Assembly: GCA_002633005.1 (NCBI GenBank)
Contig: NMRA01000057.1
Span: 828,397 to 892,396 of the forward strand
Reading direction: 5' to 3'
Length of the DNA: 64,000 nucleotides
Source: Phoronis australis
Taxonomy: Eukaryota > Animalia > Phoronida
A program made the translations under genes and the position numbers. This document shows, in pieces, positions 12,507 through 25,124 of the stretch (within the stretch, counting starts at the first letter, position 1; every line of letters begins with the position of its first letter). The notes beneath the pieces were generated by a model that saw nothing but the letters and a program-made list of their open reading frames with translations, was not told where the DNA came from and did no database searches.

Positions 12507-13486
12507 GTGATAACGCCTTTAAATTAGTACCAACTTATTAGCAAAGAAAAATGTCAAAACCACGAGCATATCACCTGAAGTTAGCTGAGCTAGTAGTCGG
12601 TATTCTCTGTATCGTTATACGATTGCTGGAAGTCCGTTCATTGAAACTGTAGAATTAGGTCATATATATCACACTCGAATTACACTTCAAGTATTAACCT
12701 TCACACGTCGAAGTTGCGATGGCGTGAACGCGTCTGTAGAAATAAGACGGAGAATATAACTGCAAGGAAATTAAGCTATTCGAAAGAACTGACTTATGCA
12801 TTCGAAAATTCGACTTTAACTTTTGGCTTGTCACTTCACGATTTGCATTCAGTTTTTGTGAACTCGTGAAGTTAATCATTCACTTGGCTGATTGGCTGGC
12901 GTTCGGGGAAAACTGAGATACTCAACTCTGGCAGAAGATTTGATTAGTATTTGTTAGATAAAGGTAAAAAGAGGCGAAATATAACGGGTAAGGCCGTTTG
13001 TGGTTTCCTAAACATGTCAAGGGAATTTGATTTGGTTAGCATACAAACACACTGAACAAGAATTTTCATCCCATCCTTTTGATTCATGTCCATTTCACCC
13101 GGTAGATGCGCCCTCCGATGGCCCTTCAGCTTTATTTAAGAGCTGAGTATTGGCTACTAAGACAGCTGCAGGAAGACTGACGCCCAAACAAATTATGTAG
13201 TTAATCAGCTTTGTACCTAAGCCACATCAAGAATACATCTCTCGGTCGAGGTCCCGCTTTGACGGAGCATCAAATCCCAGAGAAATTGTGGATGAAAGAC
13301 CACCATTTTCGTCTGCCATCCAGTTAACGATATGAAGACAATCGTATAAAAAATTGCACCAATAGGCTACCCTGACAGTGCGCTTTTTTGTCCACTTGCG
13401 TGCAAATCCCGTTAGCGCCGTACGATTTGCCTTATGTTCAGTTGGTGTTTTAATATGAAGAATTTCCGTGACATTATTAACTTTGA

Positions 13487-13990
13487 GGATTGTAGTGATG
13501 TTGTGTATACATTGCTTATGTTTCCAGCAAGAGTGTTTATATTGGTGAAACTTGTAGAAATTTTGGTTATAGGATGGCTAAAGGTCATAAGGTCGTTGGC
13601 GACATAACCAGTTATAGAGATTTCACCAGGTCGGACAGGAAAACTTCTCTCAGTGAATTTTACAAATCAGCTATTACGTAAGAAAAAACAATCATGTGGT
13701 TGAATGGGAAAGTGAAAAAAATAATGGATAGTGAAAGTGACACTAGAAAAAGAAGAATAAGGGAATTTATCTGCATTAGAAAAGAATCCATTGTCATGGG
13801 CAGAGACGATGGCGCACTTAAATTTTCTCGTGTTTATGACGTCATCTTGGCCCCCTCTTCGTCACAAGGTCATACTGAGGCAGGAAGCAGCCAACATCGA
13901 CTTTCGAAAACTTCTGCCGTTTATTGGATAATTTAAAGGGTTTTTAGAGGAAATTTCTTCTGTATGTCATCCTGATGAAATTGTTTAGTG
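13487..13990 (+). mobile_element. Penelope-like retroelement 3' fragment (GIY-YIG endonuclease remnant)
   Basis: Frameshifted DVVY...KSVYIGETCRNFGYRM, KSAIT, DSESDTRKRRIREFICIRKESIVMGRDDGALKFSRVYD. Confidence 0.75.
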
Positions 13991-15016
13991 ACTAATACAC
14001 GTCATTTTCTTGCATAATTCTCCATATTTTGTAACAAAGAAGTCTATCGTCGTTTTGGAAACAATACGCTCTTGACTCGCACGTAGCCTACCATTTGTTT
14101 TTTTGCGACGTCTCTCCTGAGATGATGACAGCTTCGTAAAAGAAAAGTTTGTTCTGAAATTAGGTTTTGTGGTATTCAAATGCTAAAAAATATAACGAAA
14201 TGAAACCAGTTCCGATATTTTTGTGTCATGTACGCAACTTCGTGGACAAGAGCTAAAAGAGAAACTGGTCAATGGGTCACGCTATATTTCATTATGCCGA
14301 AAGCCGACGCACTACTTCAGCCATTTTTCTGAAATCGCCGGAATATCACGAGTAATACAAAGTTATACCAACTTTGAAAATTTCTCCGGTATCATATAAA
14401 AATGAAAACTAACGGTGTATTGCACCAGTTTAGGTCTAAATTATTTCAAAAATGATGTAATTTGATTCGAGAACTGATTAATTTCTGTGATCCTATAAAT
14501 AAAAAAGAATTGAAAATAATGAGTACGCGGACAACCTTTATTTCAAGCAGTAACCGAAACAATGCCTTCTGTTTCATGAATGGCAGCAACACCTGTGAAA
14601 ATAATTGAAGACTGCCTTAGCTTTAATGACGTCAATTCAGCGGCCAATCGTTGCGCAGAAGATGTTTCCATAAACAAGCCTCAAATAGACTAAACCGATC
14701 AACGCCATCTTGGGACTTAGGGACGAGGCTGTCTACAAATTTTCCAGAAGATTACGGTAGAACGGCAATTAATTACACCGGTAAATAATTTTAGTTTTAA
14801 TGACTGCAGTTCGATCGTCTAGGCGTCAGTGTCCTCCGGGATGCAGTTCGTTCGTGGAACGATACGAGTAAACCACCGTGGAGAACATTGTTGACCAACC
14901 AGCTAGTGTGGTAGTTATAATGTACTACAAGTGGGTCAAAGCCCCGTTCTACATCTATTTGGCTTGTTTGGTAGAAAACGATAGAAATGTGCTATTCTAC
15001 TTTCGTTTCGTTACAG

Positions 15017-15141
15017 TTTTACCGAAATCGTCTAAACTAGAAGGCAGACAAGTGACAGCAGACACAGATTTCCCCGTCACTTTCAGATGCACTGCTACGA
15101 ACACATTCCCAGGAAAGTTGAGATGGCGTAAATACGACATT
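15017..15141 (+). CDS. IgSF membrane protein exon 3, first half of second Ig domain (..VTFRCTATNTFPGKLRWRKYDI)
   Basis: ttacag|tt...att|gtaagt, phase 1/0. B-strand Cys and C-strand Trp present. Confidence 0.75.
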
Positions 15142-15248
15142 GTAAGTAGATCGGAATAGGTCTGCTCCCAATCAAAGGGCTTCATTGTCACGTTTCAATG
15201 AGTGGATTGGAACAAGCCAACCGCGTGAAATGCACAATGTTGTATTAA

Positions 15249-16831
15249 AGGAGCATGCCACCCGATTTAATTAGTCTTTTTACTGTCTTAATCGGTCTAT
15301 ATCCACATCACCTCGCACTTGCGGTCGACCATACCTTCCGGAGATGTGTCGCGTTAACCTGTGAGGAAGGTGAGAAAAGACCCAGCAACGTCATTGGTTC
15401 ATTTTCAGAGTGAATGCCGCTATGTTGCGGGGCATCGTTCCCGCTTGTCCGAACTATGAAGCTGTGAAGAAAGTGGGTATATGATTTTTTCGACTTCCTC
15501 GAGAGCCCAAAATGCTTAGGAAGTGGTTCGCGGTAGTGAAGAATGAAAAGTACGCTGTTAATAGCAAGTATGAGGCCGTGAAACATCAAGCTCCGTGTCT
15601 GTGAACGGCATTTCGTCCACAGTGAGTCTGTACAAATGCCAAAGAACTATCCATACGTTCCGCTGCCTGAGCATGTTCAAGGCGCCTCTCTAGTAGTTTT
15701 GATCAGTTTATTCTGGTTCGAACTGATAGCCTGTGAAACTTAACGATCCACCTCACCTGCACCTGTGAAGTCTTCGTCGGATGAGGTCTCGTCTAAGTCG
15801 GGATTGCTAGAGGCCATGTTGACGTTTATTATTCTGCGTGCTGTTTCAAAATGAATTATTCTCACCCTAACCAATGATTATATAAAACTGAAAGAAAGTC
15901 TGTCTCATTAGATACAATGTGTAATGCCTTTGGAATATTAGTGAGTGCAAATGTTTTGAGAAGCCAATAATGCGTTACCGGCTTGAGATGCAATAAAGGT
16001 AATTGACCGGGCACCGAGGCCGTGTGAGCGCATGCTAAGTCAGTGTTTGCTGACAGAAAGTTGTTGTGAAACAATAACTCGATTTTTATGGTGTGGTCAC
16101 ATGTTAGTGGAATCGTTATTTAGATATACAAATACATTATTCACATCATTGTTACTGTACAACTTTTGCCCTGACGGTTCTGTGGAAGGGGAACCTGACT
16201 TCGCGGCTACCGACAAGTAAGTAGATTTGCAGTTTCGTGGCTAATTACGTAAATAATTACGTGAACATTATTTCTTTGGCTCACTATATAGTCTTCTTTT
16301 TGTGACTGGAGGTTTAGCTTCCATCTTAAGCTGGTTTATGTTCCTGATGTCCAGTCCCGGCGGCCGCGACGGGCCTGATCGGGTTCCAAACCACTGGCAT
16401 GGAGTAACAAGCGTTTTGTGTGTTTAGAACAGAGAAAGTCGCAAGTCTAAAAGTACAACACACAGCTAAGTTTCCCCGTCTGTATTTCACGGAAGAATGA
16501 TTCCAATTTATGACCAAACAGCCCCAAACTCCCGCGATCGACCATAATGGTAAATTGACCTACCGAACTCTCATGTAGGCTACGGGATGTTCAAATACCT
16601 ATAAATTCGAAACAGTGAGATAAAACAACACGTTTGTTCAAGAACTTGATGTATTTGTAAGGGGTTTACATCAAATTTTGACTGCGTTTGAACCGATTAC
16701 GTCATTGGTTAATTTCAACACCTCCGTCTTCCGTCAGGTGTCAGGTAAAACAACTGAACTTGCTGTTATCGAGTGGATCTACTCGACTTAAATTGACACA
16801 AAATAGGTTGTTTTTTTGGGTGGCATTCTCC
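15249..16831. mobile_element. Degenerate internally deleted Kolobok-type element (THAP and KolX-like remnants)
   Basis: TTAA|AGGAGCATGCCACCC left end and GGGTGGCATTCTCC right end (right TTAA not intact). Plus-strand THAP remnant from 15414 (VPACPNY...KWFAVVKNEKYAVNSKYEAVKH..LRVCERHF). Minus-strand remnant from 15817 (MASSNPDLDETSSDEDF..GYQFEPE*..AQAA). Confidence 0.65.
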
Positions 16832-18095
16832 GGTTTTATGCAAATAAAAATCGGATTTCGATTTTGTTTTTTAGCCAAATAAACAGGGCGAAATGGTGCT
16901 TTACATATTCTGCACTTTATCGATTGAGACTTAGCTCCGAAAGTAGAGCGTTAGACTGCGACTGCGATGGTTCCAGATTGGATTCCGCGCTTAATGGCTG
17001 ATCTCAGAAAATCAATTCAATCGCCGATAATGTCTCGTTAAGGGGTTCCGGCACAGTTTGCCAAAAGGCCACAGAATATTTGTTGTTTTACGACACTGAC
17101 TAATTTATATAAATTTGATAATTTTCTTATACTTTAAAGACAGATAATTTTATAGAATGTCGATTACTGCGTTTGGCTTTATGTTATGGTTTTAAATTAT
17201 AGCATTTCACGATTGCTCACGAACGAAAACACAAGTGTCGACATATAAATTCCCAGTATAATCCGTTTCAAAGGGATTTCAGTCAAATTTCATTTTCCTA
17301 TGTAAATTACACATTTGTGTCAAAGGCGCCTCAGTTTAAAGATATTCTTTCCGCTTCATTACACTTAGAAACTTCGTAAAACAAATTTCAAAGCAAGTTT
17401 AGTCGAAACATAAGCCCTGCTGATGCTCAAACAACTCCAAACACTTTCAAATTAACTTATACTAATATTTTTAGTTTGATTTTATTTTTTAGATTGCACC
17501 TCCATTTAAAATGGCTGTCGTGGTGAGTGACAGCTGACTAATCCATTATGGGTACTCAATCAGCTGAAGCCTTGTGTTACGAGGTTTCCGCGGAAACCCC
17601 GCCTGCTTAAAAATAATGATAACATGAGGCAAACGCAAACAGGTTGAAAGTTACGAAGTGCTGATGTTTTGGTGACGTCTTTCGTCCCCACTAGCTTATC
17701 CCTAGCCAGCCGGAATTTATACTGCACATTGAGGGTCACCAAATTTGCTCTACTAGTCAGTCACTCAACAAGTTTGCCCGGATAAATTCTCTCGGCGGCC
17801 CCGTTCGCCTCTTTCTGTTCTTTCCGACCTTTTCTCAGCCAATTTCCATGCAAAATAATCATTCCCGCAACTAAAAAGGAATTTTGACAACTACCAAATA
17901 TCTGCATTCACGTGAATTCTGTTTGTGCTAGGAGAAATTCTTTTCTCACATGACCTGGAATGTGTTATGACACTACTGGTTAATAACACCGAGTACGTAA
18001 TTTTTTGATATTACATGGGCAAATCACAAAGTAGTGCAAAGTAGAAATCCATACGTCTTACGTTTTATTGTCTGCAGAACACTAAATACCAACAA

Positions 18096-18225
18096 CATGT
18101 GCGGCGCAGCACTGAAAAAAGTGGGGGCTATAGCCCCCGCCCCCCAGCCCCCTGTTGTGCACCGCCCCGAGACCATGGGCGCCGGAGCACTGAAAAAGTG
18201 GGGCTATAGCCCATGCGCCGCCCAT
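18096..18225. mobile_element. Two adjacent tiny (50-75 bp) MITEs with CATGGGCG-type ends; a third copy is at 21403-21469
   Basis: Shared core gcagcactgaaaaaagtgggggctatagcccc with inverted ends catgggcg...cgcccatg. Confidence 0.6.
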
Positions 18226-18686
18226 GAACAAGCAAACACATGGCAACCAAACAATGCCGGAATTCCGTGAAGGTGACAAGGTTATGATTGGCAAATCGCA
18301 ACTGTACGTACCCCAGTCGGAAGGACATGCAAACAACTTTTTAAAAGGACCCATTTTCGGTGGCGAATTCCGACGTTCATTCAAACGGAGACGAATCCCA
18401 ACAAAAGAAACGCGGTCAGACTGTTTAGCTGTGCTGTCTCAAGGTCAATCCAGTGCTCACGCGTGGGAAGCCCTGTCGACTGTTACTTAAACATTTGTTA
18501 AAGTTTTAATATTACAACTTCAAAGACTATTTATTAGATTCAAAAAGTAACTGTGGAAGGGTGTTTTACAAAAGTTGCAAACCTCGAGATTTTGAGGTTT
18601 TGCCCATGTCATAAACCTGAGACTCGTGTAGGATTCTCTATGTATTGCATTTCTCAACACAGAAGTTAAAACTGGCAATTTTTCAG

Positions 18687-18903
18687 GAAGAAGAAAAAGA
18701 AGTGGCGTTTGGTGAACGTGAGCAACAGCAAAACAATGTTGCCTCCAAGCAATTGTCTGTGGTTGATCACTGTATCTTTGAGCGTGTGGAGAGAAGTCTT
18801 ATATTACAAGACCGAAGTACCGTCTCCGGAGTCCACCAGTTCCGATATGAGTGCATGCTTGGAAACAAAGTGCTTCGGTCCACGTCAGCGTTCGGATCAA
18901 GCG
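18687..18903 (+). CDS. IgSF membrane protein exon 4, second half of second Ig domain (..QFRYECML..)
   Basis: ttttcag|gaa...agcg|gtaagt, phase 0/1. F-strand YxC present. Confidence 0.7.
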
Positions 18904-19872
18904 GTAAGTTTCTCAAATTGTAGAAAAGGTAACCACAAACTATTTCGCAAATTTCGCCGCCCTCATGAGAGCCTGTCTAAAGTCATGCTATTATGGTAAA
19001 CAATTATTTGATATCTGACTTTAACAAAGCCTCGCGGGAGGTGTCCATGATGAAATGAACTTGGAACCGGAGCGTTCGAAACAAGGGCGGATGAATCGTT
19101 TTCGGGACCTAATTTAAAATTGACTTAAGACCCATTCATCTATGATATCTAAGGTCACGAAAACTCAATGACACATTAAAGACTTTGAAATTTTGCTTTA
19201 TGCACCTACTTTTTAGAAGATTTCTCTGCAGCTCCATTGTTCCGCACATTCGGTGGAAAGATTATGAATGATGGGGGTGTAGCGGTATATTAGAATCGAC
19301 TACTTATAATCAAGCTGAACTCCCGGAATCATCTTTCGCTGTAAACACCGCATTTCCTTGTTGGCTGTTTCAGTGCTTAAAGAGTTCCCACCGTGATCCT
19401 GTGTCTCAAAACGAATTTTATTAATACATCTTAAGAGATTTAATAGTCTTTAGTATACCTGTTGGTAAGAAACAAGACAAAAATTTGTAAGGGTAATCTC
19501 ATTAATGGTGTGCACTGCTTTCCGAGAGGACCAGGGCTACTGCACCTCAGAGTGTACAGATGCATGAAATAACGGCATCACCACATATTTATTATGACAT
19601 TTGTTTACCAATGGCAAAAACTTCGCCCCCAAATCAATATTCCAGGATGTCATGTCTTTGTCTTGTCTTATAAATCCTGGTACAACACAGAATTTGTGTG
19701 AATTTTCTACACGATGAAAAATAAAAAAATAAACAGCAGCACTGACATTTTTGGAAAGTAGACATCAAAAGGAGTCAATTGACATATAGTAACCTACATG
19801 AACGTAAGTCAGAACAAAAAACAACGCTGTTACTGTTAGGTGGACAGTTGGGGTAAGTACATGTATTGTAGT

Positions 19873-21027
19873 CATCACTCTCAAAAACGCTGTTAGGATT
19901 TTCGATATAAAGGCCTATTTTCGAGTAATGTAACAAAGACGAATACGACTTCCGTTTTTTTACAAAGATGCCTTACGTTTTGCGAGTTGATTTGTCATGG
20001 AAACCAAACGAAAAGACTAATCGAAAATTCCTAACATCGTTTTTGAGGTAACTGGTGAAGTTTTCATTAAAAAAAGTTTCATTAAAATCGATCGAGGGGT
20101 TGTTTTGCTATGAATGTACCTTTCTTAAAAATAAAGTTTTGACTTTAAAAGGTTTTTACGTAAAAATAATAATGGTAAATTAATATAAAAAGTATTTTTA
20201 TATTTCCTAATCTTTTTTCATTCAGAAAATATATACTTCATCTACTAGTTGACAAAACTTAGTTTTTTTTATATACGAGTTAGAATAGAGGCCACTAAAT
20301 AAGGTTGGAGATAACCTTAAGTTAATTACGCACTGCAAAATCCGTTAACATTGCGAGTGAATGTTGAAATAGCGAAAATATTTAAGGCTAATTGTATAGG
20401 ATATGTGTACCGAAAACAAGCTTTTACCGAATAATTAAGCGAAGACTTTGAGATTTTCACTTGTCCCATTTTAATCGGCTTTTTCTCGGCTTCGGCAAAT
20501 CGACTTCACTTGAACTTAGGAACACGAGTTCTCAAAAACGGCTTCAGTTGGTGGATTTCGCTGAAACTTTCCAAATTTAATATTTAGTCATCAGTTTCAA
20601 AAACGCTGTTAGGATTTTTGATATAAAGGCCTATTTTTGCGTAATGTAACAAATACAAATACGACTTCTGTTTTTACAAAGTTACCTTACGTTTTGCGAG
20701 TTTATTTGTCATAGAAACCAAACGAAATGACTAATCTAAAATTCCTAACAGCTTTTTTGAGGTAACTGCTGAAGTTTTCACTTAAAAAAGTTTCATTAAA
20801 ATCGACCGAGGGGTTATTTTAAAATGAATGTACCTGTCTTAAAAATAAAATTTTGACTTAGGTTTTTACGTAAAAATAATAATGGTACGTTAATGAGAAA
20901 AGTATTTTCATATTCCCTAATCTTTTTTCTTTCAGAAAATACATACTTCTACTGGTTGATAATGCTTAGATTTTTGATATACCAGTTAGAATAGAGGCCA
21001 CTAAATAAGGTTGGAGATAACCTTAAG
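19873..21027. repeat. ~440-bp direct duplication (19873-20321 and 20589-21027)
   Basis: Both copies run from tcaaaaacgctgttaggatttt to ggttggagataaccttaag with scattered differences. Confidence 0.85.
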
Positions 21028-21777
21028 TGTAAATTCGAAAATTAAAAAGGTGCTGAACACAAAAATTAAGATATATTGTCAAAGACGAGAGCTGTAGCTA
21101 TCACAGAACCTATGTGTGGGTGGTGAGCGATTTTGCGGTCGAAATGGGTAACTGTTTTAGGCCCGTGGAGGCAAACCATTCAAAAATTCTATAAAAATAT
21201 CAAAATACGTTATTCTGATTTATTTTTGACATTCTCAATTTTAAAAAGAATGGTAGTGCATCACTCAATCAAATTTTGATTTTTAAACCATGGAAACATG
21301 GGGCATTTTCAACAGTCGCGCACAAGGGGTTATGGCAAATTTTTCATCCGATTTAGTTATTCGTGACATGTCATGTTCCCAGAATACTGCAAATTGCTTA
21401 ACGCATGGGCAGCGCAGCAATGAAAAAAGTGGGGGCTATAGCCCCAGCCCCCTATGGTGCGCTGCCCGTGTGACGTTCTCATGCAGTGATCCTTAAACTT
21501 AGATGTAGTCGCGTGATTTTGTGTTTGAGTGAATCTCGCAGATTCTTCGCACAGCAACTGTACATGTTGGCCCAAATGTGTTTACGTCTACACATTTTCG
21601 AGGTTTTTCTTGAGCCAATGGGTAATGTTCATTCTTTTACACAACTGTCGCTTTTCCATAAGGCTGGCATTCCAAACCATTGCTTAAGGTCAGTTTTAAA
21701 GTGAACACTTTTAACCTCCACATGGGCTTTCTTTGGTTTGAAGCAGGCACAGTTGACTCATGCAATACTTGTTTCAG

Positions 21778-21894
21778 GTTTAAGTGGCGGAGCAATAGCA
21801 GGTATAGTAATTGGTGTGCTAGTGTGCGTACTGTTGATGACTGCAGTGGCATTAGGAGTAACTGGCAAACTGAAATGCAACGAGTCTACCATAA
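21778..21894 (+). CDS. IgSF membrane protein exon 5, transmembrane helix (GLSGGAIAGIVIGVLVCVLLMTAVALGVTGKLKCNESTI)
   Basis: tttcag|gt...ataa|gtgagt, phase 1/1. Typical GAIAGIVIG type-I TM followed by basic residues. Confidence 0.8.
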
Positions 21895-23291
21895 GTGAGT
21901 ATGCATGCTTCTGATAAACACCATGGATATACATGTTAGTAGTTGTTTTATATCTATGTTAAACGTGTCACGCACAATTCGTTTTCATTTGCCACTGGCT
22001 TGAATTGGTTAGGAAATTGGTTGTTTAAATTTGTAATTGTTCCGAGAGAGCTGTTGCAAGCAAGAATCTGCGATATGAACTTGGATAATAACTTCGAACG
22101 ATTTGAAAACGTTTTGTGCTTTCTCAACGCAAAAAGATAGAATTGGCAGGGAAAGTAATATAAATTTTCAGAAGATTCAGGTAAAGTTTTACCTTCCGTA
22201 GCAGTTGCATGAGTGCGTAAGAAAGAAAACTAAGGTTTAACTTACCGCAAAATTTCCTTATACAAGCGAAATCGTGTATTTTCTGGGAATACACAATGTA
22301 AGGCTCTTAGCTTGTATTCGACTCAGAACCATTGTATATCTTCACATATAAGGACAGTGGTTATTTTTTAGCCATAATCTGTACTACCACAATTGATAAA
22401 GTATTTACTGACTAAAACCATTCCATGAAAATATACAATTAAATAATAATGTTGCAAGTTATAATATGTTGCATAGGTCGAAATAATGTGTTTCCTGGAA
22501 ACTTTAACACTGAATGCCCTTTTATTCGATATACGTAAATCCTGATTGGTGGTAATTTGTGGTATGCACTGACAAGCTCGACGCTACAGCATGCGTTGCA
22601 TATGACAGAAAACAGGGATTAAATCTGCAGAACTATACGTTGGGCTTGCTGTAGTACGTTGGGAATTTAAGAGTCATGTATTTTATTTACATTAGAGGCA
22701 AATTTAACCATCTCGTTACATGAAAGCGATGATAAATTCGTGAATTATTATATGAGGTACAAATGATGCCGCTAATGATATTTTAGGTCAATGGAAGAGG
22801 GGTTTGGAAAAAGCAATAGGCAATGCGAAAATTTTGAGAAGATGAAAAAGCCTTTTCATGTCAAATTGCTTCATTCATTTTTTCAAAATATCAACCACTT
22901 TGAATTTGCGTTATACAATTATTTCTGCATATTTTAATACGAAATATAGATAAATGACTGTTATTACTATTATCAGAATTGCGTATGCAACAAAACAAAA
23001 GCAGGAAGTTTTGATGTAAAAATGTCGCTTTGCAATTGTAACACAGTTGAACAAATTGTGAACTTCTTGTCATCACAGAATAAAACATCTCTTGGAAGGG
23101 ATACAAGTTTTGCGCCAGAAACTATTCCAAACAAGAATCAATCGGTTCTATGCACAATTACAATGTGATCGCTTTTAGTTATGGCAACGGCCTTGCTTTG
23201 AATGCTTCTGATGAATATGCGTATCTACTGTCATGTTAATCCTTTATTTTATTTTATTTTATTTGTAAAATTGTGCTGTTTATTTTTTAAG

Positions 23292-23308
23292 ATTCTGGTT
23301 CGTCGTGA
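23292..23308 (+). CDS. Putative IgSF terminal exon giving a very short tail (NSGSS*)
   Basis: T-rich tract then taag|at tct ggt tcg tcg tga, in phase with exon 5. AATAAA candidates downstream (~23904, ~24343, ~24603). Confidence 0.45.
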
Positions 23309-24126
23309 AAGGACGGAAACTAAAGCGAAGCTATGGCCATGTGACGTTGATCCGTGCGGAGTGCACAAACTTTAAGACGTTGAGCACGTTACTTCTGAAC
23401 AAGTGAACAATACACTTGGAACACTGTTTTGCTTTTAAGTCTCTTCAGTCTCTCGTTTGACCCCTCTAAGTGATGTTGATCGTGCAAAACCACTGTTCAT
23501 ATTGCAAACACCAGCAAGTCTCTTGCTTTTTGTGTCAAAGTGGGTGCAGTCCGTAGATGCTAGGCACTCGCGAAAAAATGCGTCAAGAAATCTTTTTTCT
23601 AACGGAAACCGTGAATTCTATCCTATAATATGACATACCAACCCAGTAGGTCGCCTACCAATCACTTCTGGTGTCCAACATTTTTACGAGTGTACGTAAA
23701 TACTGTATCAAAATCGCTTGCAAAACAATCCGGGCATTTTACTTGAATTTCTTCCTGTGGTCTTGCCTGGCCTTGCATTTTGGAGAATGTCTTGCGTCCA
23801 CGAAACACACTTCTGGTTGGTTCTTAATGGAACAATGAACGAATGGCGGAGATGATTTCGTCTTACCAACTAACAGTCAAATAGTGGGTAGCTGATGGCA
23901 AACAATAAATCTACCTTTTGATACATTTTGTAATTTTTAAAGTTGTTAATAACGCATCCGTATTAAATCTCAAAATTGCGCGTCTTTTCAGTTAGAACCG
24001 CTTCTTTAGATTTGAAAACCTCAATGTTCTTTCTTAAATTAATGTATTACCATGATTTTACCTGTGTTTTTCACACATTAGTTTGTTTCATTAACTTTGT
24101 TAATGAGGTGAAGTTGCAGTAAGTAT

Positions 24127-24226
24127 GCATGAGAATGGGGTCGTGGCATGAGCGTGGGGTCATGGCATGAACATGGGGTCGTTGCATGAGTATGGGGTCG
24201 TGGAATGAGCATGGGGTCGTGGCACG
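24127..24226. repeat. 19-bp minisatellite (gcatgagyatggggtcgtg), ~5 copies
   Basis: Direct reading of the sequence. Confidence 0.85.
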
Positions 24227-25124
24227 TGATATCAAATATCATGCTTGTATACTTGCAGGATGTACATTAGACATGTCAGTCACCACACAAGCATTTGTTT
24301 CACAATCAAAGTTTGACATTCAGCTACACTGAACATTTCTTTAATAAATCTTTTATAAATTATTTGTAACTTAACATTATCTATCCGTTACACTGTCACA
24401 TCTGCTACGTTTTGTTTTTGCTATTGTTGTGTTACTATTGTGACTCTTATTCTTAAACTCCATGGATTTCACGGTACTGTGCTGCTTTGTTCAGAGCTCT
24501 TGTGAGTGTCATTTTTGTCATGCAAATTGGTATGTAAGGTGTGCTGGTGCTTGTTCTATCTGACTTCAGTTTGACACTGGACAGCCGACTGAGAGTTTCT
24601 TCAATAAACCATTCTGACCGTTTTTCAAAACTGACATTGGCTGACAGGGTCGTAACACATTGTTCTTTATGTAGCCTTCATTAGTACATCATTCAGCATG
24701 CCTTGTACAGATTCTACTACCTACGTACTTGTTGCGTTTCTACCCACCCCAAAAACTAGTGAATGAACGTGAAAATAAAAGAAATATCAGGCTCCAAAAA
24801 CCTCCTGAGCCTGGCAGGTAATGCGAGTGATCTCATAGGTAACCTAAATTCAAAAGTTAAAGGCGAAGGCAACCTTTTTCCATGTCATTTTGAGCTAAAA
24901 TAAGGTTGATTGGTTATCCTAGACATATTTTCCACTTAATTACAGCTTTTTGTAATTTTATTAATTACTCGTCCGCTACTCCGGAAGTGACGTTTTAGGA
25001 GGCAAGCGTTTCGCGCCAATTTCTTTTCATATAGTCTGACTGTGAGAGCTGCCGAGTCAGTCATTATTCTACCTCGGTTGTGTCAAGTTCGTCGTGGTTT
25101 GCTTTCATTTACTAGTCAGTCAAC

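Noticed and set aside
19217-19293. Possible extra Ig-gene exon after ttttag
   Set aside because: Runs into a stop without a convincing phase-compatible donor; exons 4 and 5 join in phase without it.
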